DNA of 64,000 nt from positions 50,654,001 to 50,718,000 of the forward strand of contig OX597816.1 in NCBI GenBank assembly GCA_951406725.2. The letters are read 5' to 3'. The notes beneath the pieces were generated by a model that was not told the DNA's origin, did not search any database, and saw nothing but the letters and a program-made list of their open reading frames with translations. The position numbers were made by a program, and so were the translations under genes. The stretch is from Octopus vulgaris (Eukaryota). Shown here piece by piece: positions 55,538 through 64,000 of this stretch (its first letter is position 1; each line of letters starts with the position of its first letter).

Positions 55538-57699
55538 TATACACACATAAATCTACGCCTGTGCGCCTTCGTGTGCGTGTATTCCTGTGGGTTTTTTGCC
55601 CCACTATAAGCGTGTACGTATGTAATGGGTTGTTCTACCAAATATTTTATCATTCCTGGAAGAAATATATATTACACATAAGCAGACATACCTACAAAAG
55701 CACACACACACACACACATACACATATGAGTCTTAACATCGATGTTTCTACAATGTTGATTCTCAAATTCCTGTCCTGAGTTATGTAAAAGCCTCTTAAT
55801 ACCATGCTATTCTTAATTTCACTCATTCGAAGAAAAGCAATATAATAGCCCTATAGAGGAATAGAGCGAAACATCATCTCTAGAGACAGTCTTCTTTCTT
55901 GGAAATAAATGTATATTTGTAACACAGGAATCTCTGCCTACAGCGTTAAAGTGAATCTTCATTTCGAAAACAAGATACAAAGAATAAAATATTGTCTTTC
56001 TCTTCGTATATTCCCTTACATAAAATCTTCGGCGTATTCAACTTTCATTATGTTAGAGAAAAAATATGTTTGACATATTTTCTCTCGAGTTTTGTTGCAT
56101 TCTCGAAATATAAAATTACTGAAGAACGTAAGCGTGGAATTTCGGCGCGAAGACTTACAAAATGACAATAAAGAGTAATGAAAGTTCAAAGACAGAAAAT
56201 ACTACTTGTGTTTAATCGATCGTAAATACACATTCGTAGTAACATATGAAGCTTTTATTGGGGAATGATGAATATTACAGTTTGTAAATGTTCGAGAGTT
56301 TTATTCCCAGCGTGTTTTCGCATTCACTGCACATGTGTCAATATGAGAAAAGTGTAGTTAGTAACTACCAACCACGTACTCTGGGGTTCATTCCCTCTAG
56401 GCTGCACAATACGTAGATCACTTGTAGCTTAGCCTCGAGGTTGCTAGATGGACATTATACACAAGCCGGCCGTACAATCATACACGCGAAAACACGCACA
56501 GTATTTTAAGTTATGTGCGCAAATACATAAACAAGACTATGTTGTTGTCGTTGTTGTTGTGTTTGTGTGGCAATGGCGGGGGCCAACTTTCCGATCAAGT
56601 CAAGGAAATTATGTCTCACATAGACTAAGTTTGTTCAAGTTGTCTGTAAGCTACAATAACAGACAGAAAGTTGATACAGGTTTTCGGTAATGATGCGTGA
56701 AATGAACTCACATTTACAGATTATCCTTGTGTTTAGCTCTCTCTGCTTATATACATATAAACACACACACATACTCACATACACACTAATATGACGGGCC
56801 TCTCTCGCATATGCACTCTGAAGGCTGTGGTTCGCAGCATGTGTTATTCAGAAGACTGCTTCTTCACGTCCGTAGGCGAGACTCCCAGTTTACAGGTATT
56901 TCATACGTATTTCTAATGTGCTCTCATTGATAAGACACTCACTCATCAGTAAATACTGTTGTGTTTCAAAATTGCGTTATAATAATAATAGCAACGATTT
57001 TCCACTCGTATATACATTATAAATATATTCTTACACATACACAGTGAATAACATAAATCGATATATCATAATCACTTCTATTCACAATAAAAATCTTATT
57101 TACACACATTAATATTATTTCACATATATACAAACATGGTTAAGCAATCCATCGCTGGAAAGATTTCTGGTTGTATGTGAGATTGTGTGTATACACTACG
57201 TTATGTATTTATGCAGTTCCGATATGTGTGTGTGAGCATCAAGACATTTTTCGACCATTAAATATGTTGGCAAATCCGCTTCACTGTGTGGATTGCGATG
57301 TTTTTCTTGTGTATGTTTAAGAACAAATTGCTTTATAAAATCTATTTAGAATCAAATCTATTTAGTTCTATTTTATTAAGAATATATTACAGTTTTAAAA
57401 TGTAAGGAATAAAGATTTAGCGGTATTACATTTAGGTAATCTCAGCAGAAATATATTACAAAACTAGAATCCATGTCGGACAAACATTCGGGCAATGCAA
57501 TCCTACTTAAAATATATACATCTTTTGGGAATTATCAGATGAATATAATTCTACATACTATACTTCAGAATAGAAAAGTATATGCTAATACCAATTAATA
57601 TATAAATTACATGTACGCACGCACTGAAACAAACATATATGGTGTGTATCTCTGCAACCATATATATTATACATGTATGTATGTATTTACACAGATGAG

Positions 57700-57888
57700 G
57701 TGCAAGATGCAGGAGGAAAGAGTGAGAGAAAATTGTGGCGAAAGAGTCAGGAAAAGTTCGCCATTACCTTCTGTCGGAGCCGCGTGGAGCTTAGGTGTTT
57801 CGCTCATACACACACACATCGTCCGGTCTGAGATTCGAACCCGCGATCCCTCGACCGCGAGTACGCTTTTCTAACCACGTGCCTCCAA
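57700..57888 (-). mobile_element. SINE fragment (50168-type head)
   Basis: gtcggagccgcgtggagcttaggtgtttcgctcata..gattcgaacccgcgatcc. Confidence 0.75.
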
Positions 57889-58449
57889 ACGTAAACATAG
57901 GCATGAACATAAAAGAAACACATGCAGAAACTCAAGCCCACACAAATATACACACATACATACACACACAGACACACATATATAAATACGCACACACAGA
58001 CACACAATTGATACTGACGACCAAAATACTCCTCCACTCACTGGAGAATCCTACACGTATATTCAACTTTTTTAAAATCTCTGAACATGGTAAAACACTA
58101 TTCAGTTCAGCATTTAATTTAACATCATTTTATGGCCACTATGTTGATCGAGGATCTGTCGGACATTTTTTGCAGATATTATACATTTTATTTTTCCTCT
58201 TAAGCGTCATGTTTTTCAGCTATATTTATTCCAGTTTCCTCTCCTTTTCCTACGTTACATTAATGTTTCGAAATAAGGTAATACACAATGCGTCATTTCT
58301 CTGAAACTCAAGCTAAAAATTTAGACCGTTAAATAATCTCGGTTTCTAGTTGTATTTGTTTAGACTTTCTTTTTGTCTTTCATCCTTTATAATCACAGTG
58401 AATATAACATACGATAGTATAATGTTACATTATACAATACGATATAAGA

Positions 58450-58756
<307 letters not shown>

Positions 58757-59268
58757 ATACGTGTGTATGTGTTTGTGTTTGTGTGTAATTGTGTATGTAT
58801 GGATAATGTGTATTTGAACGCGTTGTGTGTTTATAATAGGCATTGTCTAATAGAATACTTTTCAGAAAATAACGATGACGAATACAAAAAAGGGCTTAAC
58901 TAAATCGAAAGGATTTCAGAAATACCTGGGTTTTATAAATAATCTTTGAACAATACAGATGCATTGTGCATTTCTAAGTATTATGATGCAAAATTATTCT
59001 GCTCGGCAAAGCTTTTAAACTGGATTCATATCTATTTAAAATATTATTTTCCTATCATATAATGCAACAAGGGATATACGCTGGAACCGTTTACGTAAAT
59101 TGTGAAAGCTGCATTTATATGCATGTATACTTTATTTTGTTTTTGATGTATAAATTATACTTAGAAGGATACAGATAAAATGTGAAATGGCACACTCGCA
59201 CATTGAGACACACATTTAAATACATGCATACATACATACTACAGACATGCATACATAAATACACACAT

Positions 59269-59489
59269 AGGCGGCGAGCTGGCAGAAAAGTTAGCACGCC
59301 GGATGAAATGTTTAGCGGTATTTTGTCTGTCTTTACGTTCTGAGTTCAAATTCCGCCTAGGTCGACTTTGCCTTTCATCTTTTCGGGGTCGATAAATTAA
59401 GCACCAGTTACGCACTGGGGTCGATGTAATCGACTTAATCCCTTTGTCTGTCTTCTGTACTTAGCCCTTTGTGGGCAATAAAGAAATAA
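59269..59489 (+). mobile_element. Nin-type SINE
   Basis: aggcggcgagctggcagaa...gtgggcaataaagaaata. Confidence 0.92.
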
Positions 59490-60522
59490 CATACATACAT
59501 ACATACATACATACATACATGTATGCATGCATGCATCATAAGTAAATAGGCTTCCTACATCTTACTGTTTCATCTGAGCAGAGTCAAGTTCATGCTTCGG
59601 ACATGTTGATGCCTGTATTCAAAAGGCACCTGGGCTTCATACATTATTAAATATTTAATTAATTATCCCAATGAATGAAATGACATTATTTTGCTTCTAG
59701 AATTAATTCAGCTCCAGAAGTAGAATCTATTTATGTCTGCAGAAGTATAATTTTTAACAAAGGGAAGGCCATCAATCAATGTAGATTGGCAACCGCCATG
59801 AGAGGAGCAATGCCTAGCAGAAAAAAAGCGGAAGGAAGCACTTAGGATGTCCTTAAGTTATCTTGTAATATACATACGTTTTGCTATATTAAGACAGGTA
59901 AACACACATATATGTGTATAGGCTCATATATACACCATATAAATATATATGTTGGTGTAAATAAATGTATGTCTACCTATGCATCTGTCTATATGACAAG
60001 AACATTTTTTTTCAGAATTAGATTCCAAAGGGCAAAGATATAGTAGAAACATGAATACTATCTGTCACTTGTGTTTTAAATACAGTCAATCAGCAGCGTG
60101 TCTTAGAAATCACCTGAGGGCTCATTAAATAGAGAGATCGCGCTGTGAGATGGGTTGTCATATGTATGTTGATGGGACGGCTATTATTTCTCAAGATGAA
60201 GCAATCATCATATATACTTTTCTCGCTTCATTCCGTGTTCTTTCTTGCGTCTGTGGTTTTATTTTTAATCTTCCGTGTAAATGAAGATGTTCCCGTCGTT
60301 TTACTGTTTTTCTTCCTACGGAATGAGAAGATGCATTGCGGGACTGACTGTTATTTTAACGAGCTGCATCTTTTTATCCCTTGATAAGATACATCTACAC
60401 CTCTGGATGCTCCTCTAATAGTTCGTAAGTGCCCCACCCTTCAAGGATTTATGGTAGATATGTCGAAACAATTGTTGCGATTAATGAAAAAACATTCTCG
60501 CATATTCCATCTACCGTCTTTC

Positions 60523-60615
<93 letters not shown>

Positions 60616-60690
60616 CATACCGGAGTAAACACATACATGTGAAACAAGGCGGAAAAAAGAGTACTCAAATACCAGTGGTAGAGTAATATG

Positions 60691-60729
<39 letters not shown>

Positions 60730-63223
60730 CGCAAATAATAAACTGCGTACGCTCCCAAGTACGCACACACATGCAAACGCAGATGACACACCCGCACGAT
60801 TATATATATAGACAAAGGAATGTAATTAAAATGTTGATCCATTATGAATCATTATTAGCATAATAAGTACATCTGTTTGAATCTGCTATATGGCGTATAT
60901 ATGATATATATAAAACGAATAAGCAATTTAAACAACAGTGATCAAAATCGAGACTTCAGTTATATGCTTGCTTGTTTGTGTGTGCGTGTGCATATATACA
61001 CACACACATATACACGTATATACATAGATATTGGTTTATAAATAATCCTTGAGTAACAGAAACTACGCAATCGTCTTGATTCCCTGACAGTTATTTTATC
61101 ATAAACACTCCGATTATCGTTTTTGCAGCAACTTACACAGACATTCCTGTGGACATGTATATATGTAGGAACGTAGGTTTGAAAGCTTTGGACAGTAACA
61201 TTACAGTATAGTAGAGAATTTACGAGAAGCTCTAGAATTAAATTTCTTTTTCACAAATGAATTTTTTTTTCTTCTCTAGCTCTGGGATTCAATTCCGTTA
61301 CAAATTGCTTCGTAATAGTTACACATACATCAAAATATATTTAGGAAATTATTAGACTTACTTCAATCATGGGTAAGTTCCATTCAAATATTTCTTGATT
61401 ATGGCTCGAAAATAGTGAACAATGGAAAAATGTTCATCCTTCCTTGTTTATAGCCTGTAATAATAAAATAAAATCGATCAATTTACAACTATCGTATGAA
61501 ATAGTTATTGCACGAATATAAAGTTTAACATCGTGTTGACAGTATACCTAATATCACGGATACACACATACACACATACAAGCATGCACATATATGTCTA
61601 TATCGATGTATGGGCAAATATCCTTCATTTAATTTTTTATGCCTATTAAATATTCATTAGTTTTCCTAAAATATACATCAAACTACGATAAATCAACATG
61701 TATATAAGTGTATAAATACATACAAATATTCTCGGATATTCACATTTATCTAAAAATATGTCTATACACATATGTGTGAGAGTGTATGTGTATATGCATG
61801 TATATAGCAAATGATAGAGGCTGAAATTTTACATACGAGAAACTTTATTGCTCACCACGATTATTTCGACCAATCCTGCATCGATAACTCGCAGTTTGAG
61901 TACTATAAAACTGTTTGTGCTGCATACCTCGATGCCAAAGCATCAGCATGGGTCGTAGCGAGCGTTGTGATAAATGAAATTTGTCGTATATTACATTTTT
62001 GTCTCTATCATTCATTATATTCTCAACGAACACTGAGGAATTGCTGGGGTAGATCCAGAGATAATTGTGTAAATACCGTGCTTGATGTCAAGTACCCATA
62101 GGTAGTGAACATATTTCATCGGCTAACTACTAGGTACATACTTAAATGATTAATTATATATGTCTAGTCTATCTACTGGTTCGATAGCACACACTGTCAA
62201 TCCATGACTACAAATAATATTCCTTAATTTTTACAGGAGAGTGCATTTTGTGCATACAGCGTAACTACAGAAAAAGTGCAAAACACCAGATTCTCCGAAA
62301 TTAATCACATTTGCAACTTGCTGCCTATCAAAGACGATGAATAAAATACTAGCTGACCCCATGCATTAAAAACTGACAGATAATGGTAGTATTTCCTATA
62401 TAAAATACAAAATAATGCGCATAATAATCACAGTTATAAACATTCACATAATTCCCTTGTAGACGCACACACACACACTGACACAGAGTTGAAACGCAGC
62501 TTGATTTTTCTTTTCAACGTAGAATGTTCACCATCCCACTTCAATTTCACACGCACACACACACACATACACAAACACACATTCACATGGCTCCCTTTTA
62601 TACACGCACACATATACTCACGCAGAGTTGAAACACTGTTTGAATTTTTGTTCACCATAGAAGTTACATAATCACACTGTCAAGTTTTCCGTCACCCCTT
62701 TTTATTCACCCATCACATCTCTCTTGCTCATTCATATTTTGTGACGGAGGAATAGACAAGGGTATTATTATAGTAGAAGATATAGATGCTAAATAAAATT
62801 AATTAACTTGTCATGTTCATATACATTCACATACTTCCCTCGTATACACGCACCCACACACATACATATACTCTCACGGAGCTGAAATGCTGTTTGAGTT
62901 TTCTTTACAGCGTTGAACGTTCACCATCCTACTTCTAATGCACACACATACACATACAGGTATTTACATACTCACACATACACAGTCGAAACGCAGATTT
63001 GTTTCCTCCACCCTTCTTTATTCATATATCACCACTCCTTTCTCAGTCATATGTTGTGATGGAGAAAAACAGAAGATACACGACGCGTGGTTTGCCTCTT
63101 CCTCTTCCTGGTTGCTATCAATTTCTCTCCTCTCCCTTCACTTATACTACTCTTTCTCCAACTTCCTCCTGCGTTATTTTGGACACACACATACACACAC
63201 GCGCGCGCACACGCACACACACA

Positions 63224-63270
<47 letters not shown>

Positions 63271-63429
63271 TTTATTTAAAAGCAGCAGAAACATAACAAA
63301 ACCTGTTACACAGAGTTTCAAGTTCCCGTTCGTCGGACAGTTCTTTTTTTTTAACCAAAACTGTCAAACGGACGGCAACGCGAAACTCTAAGCAACAGCT
63401 TAGTTATATTTCTGCTTCTTTTAAATAAA
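63271..63429. ncRNA. Inverted pair of hammerhead-ribozyme-like motifs (putative PLE-derived fold-back)
   Basis: Arms 63271-63342 and 63359-63429. Minus arm: CUGU-CCGACGA-A-CGGGAACUU-GAAA-CUCUGUG-UA-ACAG. Confidence 0.55.
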
Positions 63430-63590
63430 CCATATTACTCTGCCTCTGGTATTTGAATAGTCTTTTTTCCACCTTTATGTGCTTACACCGGTATACATAC
63501 ATACTTACATACATACATGCATACATATATATATATATATATATATACATGTGTGTATATATATGCAAATATATATATATATATATATTT

Positions 63591-63822
63591 GGATTTCCTG
63601 GAAAGTTCCGGGGATTTCCAAAACTTCCTGGCAAATCGGTCGGAAACTTCATGGAAAGTTCCGGGGGATCCCCTAAAGTTCCTGGATAAGCCGTCGGAAA
63701 CTTCATGGAAAGATCCGAGGATTCCCCAACTTCCCGGAAAATTGATAGGAAATTTCGTGGAAGGTTTCGAGGGTTTATGGATAGTTTCGGGGATTCCGCA
63801 ACTTCCCGGAAAATCGGATTTT
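63591..63822. repeat. Tandem repeat, ~53-bp unit, about 4.5 copies
   Basis: ggaaagttccgggg..ttcctgg..tcggaaacttcat repeated with divergence. Confidence 0.9.
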
Positions 63823-64000
63823 ATTGAATAATTTTATTCTTTACTAGGTATTTTTTAATGTAACTTTGGCACATGTATCTGTTAAAATGAGATGTCAGTG
63901 TTATTTTTCTTTATGCCGAATTGTGACGACAATATATACAGTGCACCTCGTATGTGTCAATATACATATATACATATATACACGTATATATATATATATA

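Noticed and set aside
61811-62101. 96-aa non-repetitive ORF
   Set aside because: No recognisable domain or splice support.
63591-63822. CRISPR-like array
   Set aside because: The units are contiguous with no unique spacers, there are no cas genes, and the context is eukaryotic.

Overview
AT-rich, microsatellite-dense eukaryotic DNA with no intact protein-coding gene that I can support. The SINE families and the (TA)n/(CA)n/(GATA)n density suggest an octopus (coleoid cephalopod) intronic or intergenic region; this is an inference. Almost all recognisable coding signal is decayed transposon: four Penelope-like elements (PLE; RT + GIY-YIG), CR1-group LINE remnants, an R4/Dong-type RLE fragment, a mariner and a Tc1-like element, and many tRNA-derived SINEs. 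Most ORF-track entries are microsatellite artefacts. Most notable: (1) dispersed hammerhead-ribozyme-like motifs with non-canonical cores, one pair forming a fold-back; (2) a 342-bp near-perfect palindrome; (3) a LINE RT whose two halves look contiguous but lie about 10.7 kb apart, with a decayed rhodopsin-like GPCR between them; (4) a 33-bp inverted templated insertion; (5) a LINE/SINE shared 3' tail; (6) a short tandem repeat packed with STAT- and kB-like motifs. Boundaries were read by eye and are approximate.
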